This document shows positions 12,569 to 25,662 of a stretch of 64,000 nt of DNA, piece by piece. Below the pieces are notes generated by a model. The model saw only the letters and a program-made list of their open reading frames with translations. It ran no database searches and had not been told where the DNA came from. The translations under genes and the position numbers were made by a program. Source of the stretch: Octopus bimaculoides (Eukaryota); the NCBI RefSeq assembly GCF_001194135.2, contig NC_068984.1, forward strand, positions 59,427,977-59,491,976, given 5' to 3'. The number at the start of each line of letters is the position of its first letter. Within the stretch, counting starts at the first letter, position 1.

Positions 12569-13429
12569 GTGAGGAATATTTCAAATGTTATCCAGTAAAT
12601 AAACTTGTTTGTAATTTTCATTGATCATTTTAAATAAAAAAAATAGTAGGACCTTAATTGAATCCTTTTCCATAAGTACACAGATATAGCTTAGAATACA
12701 TCTGGTTCTATGTTCAATTCTACTGAACGTATATTCCGCCATACCTTTGGATTAGCCAAATTCATTTAAGAGAAATTTTGTTGACAGAAACTTTGCGTGT
12801 GTGTATGTGTGTGTGCTAAGGGAAAGGGTGCACTGGATGGCACTGCTCCATCACTATTCAATGGTGCACCCTCAGATTTAGAAAATAGTTTACAAAAGTC
12901 TTCCTGCAATACAAATTAGTGCCCACTCAGAATATTCTGAAGCATCTCCAAGCACCAAAATCTGGCAATGGGCCTGTGTCTGTGTATCAACCTTTTGCTT
13001 TCTTTCTGTGGCCTTCCTTCCTTTTTTCCCTCTTTTATACACTCACTATTTTTCTCACTCTCCATGTCCTTCACTGTTTCTTTCTTTTCTTCTAGTTATG
13101 GACTACCATCTGAAATGTTTAGATACTCTCTCTATTGAGACATTAAACTAATACCATATTTGTCCTGCTGTGTTCTTCCTGTGTCTTTAATATTTATTGT
13201 CTTTCTATTATATATATATATATGAATTAGAAGTAGCTCAAGGTATATAAACAAAGTTGAACACACATACATGAGGTTGTTAGTGCATCGGGTGGCTGCA
13301 TTTTTAGCCATAAGGGAAAAGGGCATTGAGAATATTTTCTCTTATGCCTAAAAACACAGCTGCCCCAACAAACTAACAACACACACACCTTGTGTATGTG
13401 TGTTCAACTTAGTTTATATGTGTATATAT

Positions 13430-13658
13430 ATCATCATCATCATCATCGTTTAACGTCCGCTTTCCATGCTAGCATGGGTTGGACGATTTGACTGAGGACT
13501 GGTGAAACCGGATGGCAACACCAGGCTCCAGTCTGATTTGGCAGAGTTTCTACAGCTGGATGCCCTTCCTAACGCCAACCACTCAGAGAGTGTAGTGGGT
13601 GCTTTTACGTGTCACCCGCACGAAAACGGCCACGCTCGAAATGGTGTCTTTTATGTGC
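13430..13658 (-). mobile_element. SINE family C with a (GAT)n tail (representative). Other copies near 2540-2640, 5200-5420, 20740-20950, 23270-23620, 32080-32290, 52790-53080
   Basis: GTGGTTGGCGTTAGGAAGGGCATCCAGCTGTAGAAAC...CCATGCTAGCATGGAAAGCGGACGTTAAACGATGATG motif. Confidence 0.8.
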
Positions 13659-14287
13659 NNNNNNNNNNNNNNNNNNNNNNNNNNNNNNNNNNNNNNNNNN
13701 NNNNNNNNNNNNNNNNNNNNNNNNNNNNNNNNNNNNNNNNNNNNNNNNNNNNNNNNNNNNNNNNNNNNNNNNNNNNNNNNNNNNNNNNNNNNNNNNNNNN
13801 NNNNNNNNNNNNNNNNNNNNNNNNNNNNNNNNNNNNNNNNNNNNNNNNNNNNNNNNNNNNNNNNNNNNNNNNNNNNNNNNNNNNNNNNNNNNNNNNNNNN
13901 NNNNNNNNNNNNNNNNNNNNNNNNNNNNNNNNNNNNNNNNNNNNNNNNNNNNNNNNNNNNNNNNNNNNNNNNNNNNNNNNNNNNNNNNNNNNNNNNNNNN
14001 NNNNNNNNNNNNNNNNNNNNNNNNNNNNNNNNNNNNNNNNNNNNNNNNNNNNNNNNNNNNNNNNNNNNNNNNNNNNNNNNNNNNNNNNNNNNNNNNNNNN
14101 NNNNNNNNNNNNNNNNNNNNNNNNNNNNNNNNNNNNNNNNNNNNNNNNNNNNNNNNNNNNNNNNNNNNNNNNNNNNNNNNNNNNNNNNNNNNNNNNNNNN
14201 NNNNNNNNNNNNNNNNNNNNNNNNNNNNNNNNNNNNNNNNNNNNNNNNNNNNNNNNNNNNNNNNNNNNNNNNNNNNNNNNNNNNNNN
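13659..14287. other. Assembly gap (N run); others at 32709-32993, 46216-46225 and 61828-62520
   Basis: N characters in the sequence. Confidence 0.99.
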
Positions 14288-14401
14288 ATATATATATATA
14301 TACGTAAGTTGTCTAAAAGTCCATAAGTCAGTCAAAAGATGCACTTGTATATCTGTCAATAGATATCTTCAAGCAAAGAGATTTTTTGTGCTGCCGCCTC
14401 A

Positions 14402-15873
14402 TACTGTAATGAGGCTCTGGCTGCCAGTGGTTTCAAGGATAGGATTAGTTACATGCCTGAACCTAACCCCTCCAAGAGAAAGTGATACCCAAAAGTGTTG
14501 TGGTTCACACAGCCCTTCTCTTTAAATGTTAAAATCCGAGTAGGTAAGATTTTTCTTCGCTTAGTTGATAAGCACTTCCTCTGTAAAAATAGATTGAACA
14601 AAATATTCAATAGGTATACTCTGAGAATGTAAAAAAGATTTTAGTAAGTAGGCCCACACCTGAGACAGAGGCAGGATGCTCATGTAGGGGTAACACAACA
14701 TGTCCACTGAACAGCCACTATAACATGGAGACTGTCGTACATGAGGCAGAGGTAACAGCTATAAGACTAAATGGGCCACCAAACATGCAAAAGTATGTAG
14801 GAGCAACTGAAGGCCCCTTCAGAACCCACTTTAACAACCACAAGTCCCCCTTTAACATCCCAGAGAGACACAATGCCACCACCCTGGCCAAGCACATTTG
14901 GTCTTTGAAAGAAAGTGCTACGAAGTACAACATAAAGTGGAAGATACTGCAGAAATGTAAACCATATCTCAATAGCAGCAGGAAGTACAAGTTATGCCTG
15001 CTGAGAAAAGAGCGATATTAAAGAGCAACCAGGCATTTACCTGAATAGCAGAGGTGAAGTGTTTAATCCTTTCCCACATGAAAGGGAGTACATCCTATCA
15101 TACCTGCGTGCCTCATCATGCCTACAGTCACCAGTCCCCCAGCCTCGGCTCTCCACTAGTACTCTGGAGTCCAGCAAAGAGTTTGACCAGAGCATTCACC
15201 AATGCACCCACATACAAATATGCATGCCCCAACATGGCAGACACCTACCAAATAGGCCGTTTCCCACCAACTCCAATATAAACTCCCTCACACATTGTAC
15301 TCCTACACACACTGCAGGCACACATAAAGTACCCACAGCCTTAACCAATACAGAAAGAAAACACAGCAATGGATGCCTACACTCCCTGTGAAAGTGATAC
15401 ATACAGTACTACTACATATATCCCTTTTTCATAAGAACACCAACCTAAAAGACACACACAATTCCCACAAACACTTCATGATAGCTCTTACCGACTTACA
15501 GCATAACCAACCCAGTGGCGATGTCTCGGTACCAAGGGACATAACTCTTAACAAAATCCCCTACCTGATTCGTTTCATCATCTTTTCACAGCAACCGTAA
15601 ACCAGATGTGTCCTTTCACCTCCAATAATAGAGCAGTCGCCAGATTTCATTCAATATCGGCTCCCTCTGATCTTACCAATTGGTAAGATTAGCCGTGATA
15701 GATATATAATACTATACACTTTGGATGTTTTTCTCCTTGTCTCCGTATTCTTTCTGTTGAAGAGCGTAGCTCGAAACGTCAAAGACTTTCCGTATTCCCG
15801 AGCGTCATACTAATATATACTTTTGTTATTTACACCACCTGTCCTCGTCTGTTGTTATTATTTGTATATTCTC

Positions 15874-15876
<3 letters not shown>
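14402..15876 (+). mobile_element. 5'-truncated, decayed Penelope-like element (RT thumb/linker plus GIY-YIG endonuclease; probably Naiad-type) ending in a pLTR and (TA)n
   Basis: KVLWFTQPFSLNVKIRVGKIFLRLVDKHF..LNKIFNR, CSCRGNTTCPL, KYVGATEGPFRTHFNNHKSPF..TTLAKHIWSLKE..YNIKWKIL..KLCLL; hammerhead-like motif at 15749-15785; (TA)n tail. Confidence 0.8.
15749..15785 (+). ncRNA. Minimal hammerhead-like motif with a non-canonical core
   Basis: UCUUU-CUGUUGA-A-GAGC(GUA)GCUC-GAAA-CGU-C^AAAGA. Core position A6 reads U, and stem III is the palindrome ACGU. Confidence 0.55.
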
Positions 15877-15914
<38 letters not shown>

Positions 15915-18714
15915 CAGACATTCATACAGAGAGAGAGAGAGAACCATCTGTGTATCATACTTAATATTAATACATTATTAAAAGGCAAATTTACTATGAC
16001 ATTCATCAATAAATAACATCTCTTAAGGACATGCTATGCTTAAAAACAGTATACATCTGAGGAAAATGAAAATTGTACTAGCATAAGTTAGAGAGAATGT
16101 CAGATGCATTCAACTTCTTTAGACTTTGTCAATGGCATGTATTCACAGCCAACCACAAGCTTAGACAAGATTTGTTACCTCCAACATATATAGGAAAACA
16201 GTGAAACATATTCACTGATATTGTAAATAGCCATGCAGCTGAATAAAAATTTCTTATATCCAATAGAGTAATATTAAATTAAAATATTCATCTATGTGTC
16301 ATATTTAATGTAAATACATTGCTGTAAGGCAAATTTACTGTGGTGTTTCAATGAAGTACTTACATTAAATGTGATACATAGATGACTGTTTTAATTTAAT
16401 ACTGTTCTTATTGCATATAACACATTTTAATTCAACTAAGCACCTGTTATATAGGTGCTACAGTTAACCTTGTAAAGCAATGCATCTTTATTCATGGGCT
16501 TTTCTTCCTCAACCTTAGACTTAGGTTCTCAACTTCACTTACAGAATATATCCATCATTTAGCTGAGTGTAAGACTAATTGTAGATTGAAATAGTCAGTA
16601 GTGGGATATGCCACTTGTCCCTTCCATCGTGGGAAAGGAACTGCTTTGCAAGCTGTTAAGGTGACTCCAGTAGTGCTGGTGTCATGAGAAGTACTCATTA
16701 AGCTGTGAGTCGGTCATGGACAAACTAGCCCACAAGACTTTCTGAATGTCATGCCTAAATTAAAAATTGCCTCAAATATTTTTAGTAGTATAGCCCACCT
16801 GATGATGAACCATATCTCATGTAAATCATTTCTCAAAAAGGATGACTTTCCTATAACTAATTCTTACCTAGTTTTCAAGTGAAGTATCTCTTATATAATT
16901 TCCACGTGGCTTTAAAAATATGAAACAAATGAATGATATGCTAACAGGAGAACTGGCAATAACATACATGCACTCACACTCACACATGTATATTTACATG
17001 CATATGTAAAGTGTCATGTAAAAAGCATTAGTGTGGGCGCTGGTGCTACATAAAAAACACTAGTGCCACATAAGCACTAGTAATGGTATCATGTAAAAAG
17101 CACCCAGTACACTGTGGAGTGGTTGGCATTAAGAAGGGCATCCAGCCATAGAAACCAAGTATAAATGTAAGAAAAGCAAAGTTTGAAGGAAATATTAACC
17201 ATTTTTCTTACTTTCTAAAGGTAAGCAAATAGGAAATAACTGTTGCTACCCAGGATAAAAATCATGTTTAAATATAAATAAGCACAAGGTCTGAAATTTT
17301 GAGCAGGTGGGGTAGTTGATTACATTGAGCCCAGTGCTCCACTGGTACTTATTTTACCAACCCTGGGAAGATGAAAGGCAAAGTTGACCTTGATGGCATT
17401 TAAACTCAGAACACAATGTCAGAAGAAATACTGCTAAGCACTTTAAGCAGCATGCTAACGATTCTGCCAGTTCACCACCTTAATTACTTTTGATAATAAA
17501 TCTTTTTTTAATTATACAAAGAAATAAATAATAATCCTTTCTACTAAAGGCACAAGGGCTGAAATTTGTGGGTGGGGACTAGTCGATTATATCAACCCCT
17601 GTATGTAACTGATACTTATTTCATTGACCCTGGAAGGATGAAAGGCAAAGTTGACCTTAGTGGAATTTGAACTTGGAACGTAAAGAGAAAGATGAAATGC
17701 CGCTAAGCATTTTGCCTGCCGTGCTAGCGATTCTACCAGCTTGCTACCTTATAAGAAATAAATAATTATGATTTCTTTTCTGAAGGCAAAATTATTATAG
17801 TTTATTACATCAACCCCATTACTGTACATTATAGCATTCATTTTAGCCCTATCATGGAAATGAAAGGTTAAAACATTCCTAGTGGGTTTTGAATTTCGAA
17901 CCAATAAGGAAAATTTTAAAAAATTGCTATCATCTATTCTAAATTTTCTTCATTGAAATGCTAGATAAGAAAAGGCTTGGTACATGGACTGGGCAGTTCT
18001 TCTCCAAGCGCAGAACTTTGCTATAAATTACAGTCCTTTGTCATTTCCTTTCTGAAGTTCAGTCTCTTGTAACTGGACCTCACAGTCACTTCATCCTATG
18101 TCATCCAAGGCCTCATTTTTTTATAGAACAGGTCAACAAGCTGACAGAATTGTTAGCATACCAGGCTAGATGCTTAGTGACATTTCATCCATCTTTACAT
18201 TCTGAGTTCAAATTCTTCTGAGGTCAACTTTGCCTTTCATCCTTTTGAAGTCAATAAAATGAGTACCAGTTGAGAACTGGGGTTGATGTAATCAACTTAC
18301 CACCTCCCCTGAAATTGCTGACCTTGTACTAAAATTTGAAACCATTCTTGATTAAAAATTTTACATTATTCTCTATGGCGAAAATGTTAAATTACACTAC
18401 CATTTCATGGGTCGTGTATTTAATTAATCCCACTACATCCATTTCATTGTTTCAGAGGCATGACACTTAACCTTCTTATGGTTCATGCTTCTTGCAGAAG
18501 GCAACAAAAGCCACCCAAATTTATAGCCCCTCCCCATCACTTTATATATTTTTCAGCATTTAAAATACTTCATCTACTCCATCTCTGTAAAATGGGGTTA
18601 CCCTGATATGTATATACTTTAATCTTTACTTCATTATAATTAATTTGTCATTTTTTTTTTTTCAGATTTAGTTAATCAATAACTTCTTGATTCTAATTTT
18701 GTTTTAATCTGCAG

Positions 18715-18785
18715 CTGCATACTATCTGTTTAATCCTCCGAAAAAGCAATCTTTCTATCTGAATATTGACACCAAGTGGATTTAA
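18715..18785 (+). CDS. STPG1: STPG1-like terminal coding exon: (A)AYYLFNPPKKQSFYLNIDTKWI*
   Basis: Acceptor ctgcAG at 18713-14, phase 1 compatible, TAA at 18783-85. Matches the recalled STPG1 C-terminus PGKQSFLYNEDKKWI. Confidence 0.88.
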
Positions 18786-19558
18786 AGAAATCAGAACAGA
18801 AAGAGAAGAAAAGAACTGACACACACAAAAAAAAATTCAAAGAGAAAACTAGAGAGAGTGGGGAGGGGAGAGAGGAGAGAGAAATAGGGACAAAAAAAAA
18901 AGAGAGTTAATAATTATTAAATATCATAACAGCAGGTTATGAAGGGTTTCATGGAATTTCGACAGCTGGATGTTTGTTCTAAAGATAAGGTTTGTTTTTC
19001 TTTACCGTGAAAGTACAGCCTAGTCTTCTGGAGAACATTATTTCCAATATATTTACAGGCAAAAGTTTGGTAAAAATCTAAGAAATATATGTTTTATCAT
19101 TTTATAAAAACATTACTTCCAACATATGTATATTGTGCATTTGCATGTGTTTTATTGTGTATGTGTGTGTGTGAGAGTGTTTATAAGTGTATGCTTCTGT
19201 ATATACTGTGTCTAGTACATGCATGATCAAGTACTTAAAAGTTTTGCTTTGCAATTATGATGTCAGATTTAATCCCACTGCATAACATCATGGATAAGTG
19301 TCTTCTTCCATAATCTTGGATCAACCTAATCGCTATGTGTCCAATTAGGTGAACAGAAATTGTATGAGGGCTCATAGGATGTACTGCATTGGTAATTCAA
19401 AAGCCAACTTTGTTATACCCCTTGTCATGCTGATTCTGTCTGAGAATAAGATTAAGAATACACATGTCAGTAGGATACTTAGCCACTTGTGTGTGAATAC
19501 AATGAACTTGTACATTATTTACATTTGACAGATATTTGTCTTCATCTTATTTGTTGTT

Positions 19559-19604
19559 AGCACAACGTTTCAGCTGATATATCCTCCGGCCTTCATCAGG
19601 TATC
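19559..19604 (-). ncRNA. Hammerhead motif in the SINE tail (intact core)
   Basis: GAUAC-CUGAUGA-A-GGCCG(GAGGAUAUAU)CAGCU-GAAA-CGU-U^GUGCU; one mismatch in each of stems I and II. Confidence 0.6.
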
Positions 19605-19651
19605 TTGGGGATATTTTGAACCTGGGTTCTCATTCCTAAGGTATTTTTCAA

Positions 19652-19700
<49 letters not shown>

Positions 19701-19782
19701 GTTATTCAGGTCACTGCCTGGAATCGAACTTGGAATCTTGGGGTTAGTAGCCTGTGCTCTTAAGCACTACGCCATATGCCAA

Positions 19783-19828
19783 GACACTTGATGAAGGCTG
19801 GAGGGTATATCAGCCGAAATGTTGTGTT
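19783..19828 (+). ncRNA. Hammerhead motif in the inverted duplicate (C3U and C15.2U changes)
   Basis: GACAC-UUGAUGA-A-GGCUG(GAGGGUAUAU)CAGCC-GAAA-UGU-U^GUGUU. Confidence 0.5.
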
Positions 19829-21442
19829 GACAACAAACAATATGAGGACAAATATCCTTCAAATGGAAATAATGTAAATAATGTACATAATTCCTCATCT
19901 CTTAAATATAGAACTGAATGAACTTGTAGTTCAGTTGATTGAACAAATGGAATTCTCATTTACTTTTTTACTTATTTGGATCTCTATGTGTTTTATGTGT
20001 GTATTGTGTTGTTCTTTAGTTTGAAGTCAATCTTGATCAAGCAAACTTATTGTTTAGTGTGCATGGTCATTTGTGTGTGTGTGTGTGTGTGTGTGCGCGC
20101 ACGCACATAAATACATGTGTTTGTATATAACTGTAATATGTACAGATTTATGTGTGAATGTGCATGTGGATCCAGAAACGTGACTGTCAAATTGTGATGT
20201 GAATATTGCTATGTTTTATGTTGTTAATGGCTGTGCTTGCTGTGTGTGCATGTGTAGGAGATCTTAAAGAAAAACAAATGGTAGACAGAGACCAAAGGAG
20301 TGTAGAAATGGAGAAAAAAAAAACATTGTTCTCTCTGCAAAGCCAAGAGTTAGTGAATCTGTTGTGTAAAGCCAGCCAAACACTGAGATCTATTCAGTGA
20401 TCTGTAGAGCAGAAAAGGTAAAAAAAAAGAAGATCTGGGTTCCATGCCTGATGTCAGGAAGAAGTTACATGAATCAGTTGGTTAATAAGTAGCTGGTTTA
20501 ATTGATATACAAGGTGTTACTGAAGGAGAATTTTAAGTAGTAGATGATGCTGATAGAGCTGCCAGTAAAGGAATCATAAGTGTGGATTATGTGGTGGTTG
20601 GGTTGACTGGTTTTTGCCTTTTTGTTGAGGCCATGCTGGGACAGCACCTTGGCATCTATTTCAGTTTAAGACCGAGTATTTGAGAGAGTCTGACACATGC
20701 TCTCATCTGGTTCTCCTATGGTTGCAGGTTCATCAAAAATTGTGAAATTGTAGTTGTGGCAGATACTAGTGCTGGTGGCACTTAAAAACACCCATTACAC
20801 ACTCGGTGATTGGCGTAAGGAAGAGCATCCAGCCGTAGAAACCATGCCAAATCAGACTGGAGTCTGGTGCAGCCCCTCAGCTTATCAGCCCTAGTCAAAC
20901 TGTCTAATCCATGCCAGCATGGACAACGGATGTTAAATGATGATGATGATGATATATGTATATATATATAAAAAGGAATACAAAAAATGGGACAAGAATG
21001 CAAAACATCCAGACAGATGATACAAAAGAGGGACAACAAAACATCTAGACAGATGATACAAAAAAGGGACAAGTAAAAACAAGGACAGGTCATTCGGAGT
21101 TTTCTTTCCAGATTATCTTTGCAATTTCAGCTGGTTATATCAATAAAAAAAGGTAAATAATATCAATATCTTAACAAATTTTAAGAAATACATACAATGA
21201 AGTGAGATGACACTGTTATGTTGAGAATTAAATGTCAATAAAAAAACATTAATTAATATCAATATTTTAGAAAGATGAAAAACGTTCAGCAGATTACTTG
21301 TACTGGATGTAATGGAGACAATCAATTTCTGAAAGTTACTTCACAAAGAGTTACCTACCTTCTCCACATAACCCAGGAAAAAGCGTTTTGTGCTCCCAGA
21401 GGGCCAGTTACTCATTATGTGAAAAATTTTAAGAGCCTAAAA

Positions 21443-21509
<67 letters not shown>

Positions 21510-21869
21510 TAAGTATGTATGTGTGTGGCTCTATGGTAAGAAGTTTGCTTTTCAACCACATGGTTCCAGGTTTAATCCCACTGTGTTGTACCTTGGGCAA
21601 GTGTCTTCTGCAGCCCTGGGCAGACCAAAGCCTTGTGAGTGGATTTGGTAGATGGAAACTGAAAGAAGCCTATTGTATATATGTGTGTGTGTATATAATG
21701 ATCATGAACTTATTGCACACAGTGCTCAGGTGCACTACAACTCATCAGAAAAAGTAATCAAAACTGTATGAATAGTACATAAAATATGCACAGTAAGTGA
21801 AAAATGAATAAGTCATTGAGAAAAAGTGGGATGCATCAGATGTACTGTTGTTGAATTCCAGGAAGCATG

Positions 21870-22330
21870 GAAGTTTTAAAGGATGTGGTGTCCCAGCAGC
21901 TAACAACTGATGCAAATAATTCATTTCATGCTTCAACAGTTATGTGTAAAAATCTGTTTCCAAAAGTCATGGGTGCCTTATTGTTTTTTGATTTTGCAAG
22001 CATATCCATGAGTATTAGACATATGGAATTCAAAAAGGTGTTCAAGGTTATTGTTGGAAAGATGGTGGATAATCTGATGGGTGTCTACCGAGTCAATTGC
22101 CAGATGGAGCTTTAATATGTCCATTCCCAAGGAGTATGGTAGATGTCTGATGGCAGGCATCCATCTGGTTGTACGTTTCTGAACAGTTTCCAGGAGACTG
22201 ATTTGCTGAACAAGATAGGGGTTCCAGATTGGTGATGCAAACTCCATCAGTTTAGAGATGCAGCTCGTAAGACTGACTGGATGGTAGATAACAAGTAATG
22301 TCATCACCCTTTTTGAACAGGGGAATGACA
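21870..22330 (-). mobile_element. CR1/L2-group LINE 3' fragment
   Basis: MEFASPIWNPYLVQQISLLETVQKRTTRWMP motif, typical of the RT C-terminus of CR1/L2/Jockey-group LINEs. Confidence 0.7.
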
Positions 22331-22394
22331 CTATAAATTTTTCACACTTCTAGAATGACACATTTATTAAGGTAGAATTGGAAGAAGAATTAAT

Positions 22395-22438
<44 letters not shown>

Positions 22439-24379
22439 CTGTTATGTCTGGGGAGAGTCATTTTCTTTTTGTGCCTTATAATTTAACACACTCACTGGTA
22501 AAATTTCCACTTATTTCTTATGAACTCACATAAAGAATCATGCAAACCAAATCCATAAACGAAATATATATATATATAAATAACTGGAAGAACGAAAAAT
22601 ATATGTAGGTGCAGGCGTAGCTGTGTTGTAAGAAGTTTGTTTCTCAACTACATGGTTCCAGGTTCAATCCCATTCCATGGCATCGCATCTTCTACTATAG
22701 CTTCAGACTGACCAGATCTGTGTGAGTGGATTTGGTAGACAGAAACTGAAAGAAGCCTGTTGTATATATATATATATACACACACACACGTGGTTGACTG
22801 AAGAAACCACACCAAAGCAGAAATTAGCACTTGGTGCAGTCCTCTGGTTTTCCAGTTCCCGTGGAACTGTCCACCCCATATTCATAAACAAAATGAACGT
22901 TAAATTGGTGTGATGATAAGTGTGTGTATTGCATAAACTGGTACGCTTTCTTGAAATATAAAATATAATTTTGTCAGCCAATAATATTTAATTTGCACGC
23001 AGTTGTTTTCCTTGATTGACGTGGACAGTTCTCTCCCTTTAGCACTTTGTTGCGATCGTAATTTAGTAAACGTCTGCAACGTGCATGCAAAAGATGTTTT
23101 ATATCTGGGAGAAAATATGACGCAGTTGCATCATTTCCTTCAGTGTATTACTAGTGTTTATTTTATCGAGTCTTAGTGGACCCAAACATCGTACTGTGGT
23201 TAAGCAGTTCGAAGATCTGTAGTAACCATGTATCTCCACTACAACAAGACACCTGTTTCTGGACCTCTGTCACGCTCTAAACTCCCATCACCTGGCACAA
23301 GGCCACCTCCTCCAATGACACACTTCTCCCATCTGAAAGGATCTTTATCGTGCAAATTACTTGGTGACCCCACCATTGCTGGTGCATCCAGTCCACACTG
23401 TAAAGTGGTTGGTGTCTTGAAGGACATCCAGCTGTAAAAAAAACCACACCAAAATAGGCCTCACCAGTACTGGTACTATGTAAAAAGCACTCAGTCCACT
23501 CTGTAAGATGGTTGCTCTTGGGAGGGGTATCCAGCCACAAAAACAGACAGTAAAGCCTGATGCAGTCTTCTGCCGTCCAGCACATGCTAGCATGGAAAAC
23601 AGATGTTGAATGATGATGATGATATAAGTGGCTGTGTGGTAAGTAGCTTGCTTACCAACCACATGGTTCTGGGTTCAGTCCCACTGCATGGCACCTTGGG
23701 CAAGTGTCTTCTACTATAGCTTTGGGCCAACCAAAGCCTTGTGAGTGGATTTGGTAGACAGAAACAGAAAGAAGCCCAGTGTATATGTATGTATGCATGT
23801 GTTTGTGTGTCTGTTTCTCCCCCACCCACCCACGCCATTGCTTGACAACTGATATTGGAATGTTTATGTCTCTGTAACTTAGCTGTTCAGCAAATGAGAT
23901 TGATAGAATAAATACTAAGCTTACAAAGAATAAGTTCTGGGGGTTGATTTGTTTGACTAAAGGCAATGCTCTAGCATGGCCACAGTCAAATGAGTGAAAC
24001 AAATAAAAGAATATATATATATGTATATATATTTATATATATATATGTGTGTGTGTATAATTAAAAGTCTGAACTGCATGTAGTCTCATTTATCATTGAT
24101 ATGGGATGACATGGCGCCCTTAATTGTGAGTCATGTTATGTTTATCATAGTTTGACCTGTAATAATATGGGATGGGTTGGCAATCTGTCAAAGATTCTGC
24201 TTACACTGGACCCCCCCCCTCCCAGTGACCTGCACTGACCGTTGTTTGTGTTTAAATAGTTGTGCTGTGAGGCTGCATATTTTTTATACAGATTTACATA
24301 CTCGTACCCATCAATATGGGACCAGTAAACAGAAAAATATGAAGGCATCTGATCATAATTAATGATACAAATAGATATA

Positions 24380-24520
24380 TCCTCAACAGGAAAAGACAGA
24401 GATTATCAAGACAATACATGACCGTGGAAGCTTTGTTATTGTGGCCAATAAGTTTGGTATCACTGAATCTACTGTTTGTTCCATTTACAAAATGTGTTGA
24501 GATAATAACTTTATTGCTGT
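24380..24520 (+). mobile_element. Short pogo/Tigger-like N-terminal HTH remnant
   Basis: EKTEIIKTIHDRGSFVIVANKFGITESTVCSIYK resembles a psq-type HTH. Confidence 0.4.
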
Positions 24521-25662
24521 TATTTTGGAATCAAACCCAAATGAGGATAGATGCAGTTGTTATATGGCAGTAATGAACACATACCTTCAAACTCAAACCA
24601 CATCAACAATAATTTTAGGAGAAGGTTTAATCAATGAAATTCATTCCAGTAATTGACTGGTATTTTATTTTATTCACCCCAGAAAAATAAAAGGCCATTT
24701 GTGCTAATCCACTGGCTTCTCATTAGCAAATGATTGTTGTGTTCTTTAGTCCCTGCTCAAGCAAGCCTATGATCAAAAGCATTGCACAATAGCCACACTA
24801 ATTTTCCTCTTTGTGTAGAGAATGCAGTTTTATGTTATCCAAATGAGTCTTTGCCTAAGATGGCAGGATGTGATTTAAGAGAGATTTGGCTTTTATTTCT
24901 AGCAAGTTTAATGATCACTTACAATCTGCTAGAAACAATGATATCAGCAACAATAGTTCTAAAGTTCAAAATTAAGTTTCCATCAAAACAAATAACAGTA
25001 GGAAAAAATTGGCAATGACTTGTATTAAGCTCATTTATCTATTAAAAAGAGAGAAAGAAAAATATATATTCTTTCATCTTTTAATTGATTCCGTCACTAG
25101 ACTATGGCAATGCTGGGGCACCACCTTGAAGAAATTTTAGTCAAATGAATTGATTCCAGTACTTATTTCTTTTTTGAAGCCTGGTGCTTATTCTGTCAGT
25201 CTCTTTTGCCAAACTGCTAAGTTATGGGGACATACACACACCAACACTAGTGTGGAGGACAAACAGACACAAAGGCACACATACATGGATATAAATATAT
25301 ATGATGGGTTTCTTTCAGTTTCTGTCTACTAAATCCACTTATGAGGCTTTGGTTGCCTGAGATTATTTAAGAAGACACTTGTCCAAAGTGCCATGAAGTG
25401 GTACTCAATCAGGAACCATCTAGTTGGGAAGCAAGCTACTCACCAGAGAGACATGCCTGCAACTATAGCTTCATACCACACAACAACGTTTGCGTCTCTA
25501 AACATTTCATAGCTTTAATGCTGATGCAAATTTCAATACATCTCTGAAATATCTCAACGAAAACTTATTATCAGTTGGTAAATACAGCATGGACAAGCAA
25601 ACAGCTTTTTTTTGTTGAAATTATAATCAAGAGCTTTGCTTAGATTCATTTGTCCAGGCTGT

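Larger units (their letters stand above)
19513..19916 (-). mobile_element. tRNA-headed SINE with (AAT)n spacer, hammerhead-bearing tail and an inverted tail duplication
   Basis: A-box TGGCGTAGTG and B-box GTTCGATTCC (19720-29) on the minus strand; inverted arms about 19511-19608 and 19779-19885; AATGAACTTGTA direct repeat at 19501-12 and 19917-28. Confidence 0.8.

Noticed and set aside
13502-14525. Long ORFs spanning N runs (also 32630-33092 and 61467-62582)
   Set aside because: Their length comes from X residues in assembly gaps.
21001-21072. 36-bp unit repeated twice (possible CRISPR-like or functional repeat)
   Set aside because: Only two adjacent units with no spacers, inside a probable transposon fragment; eukaryotic context, no CRISPR array.
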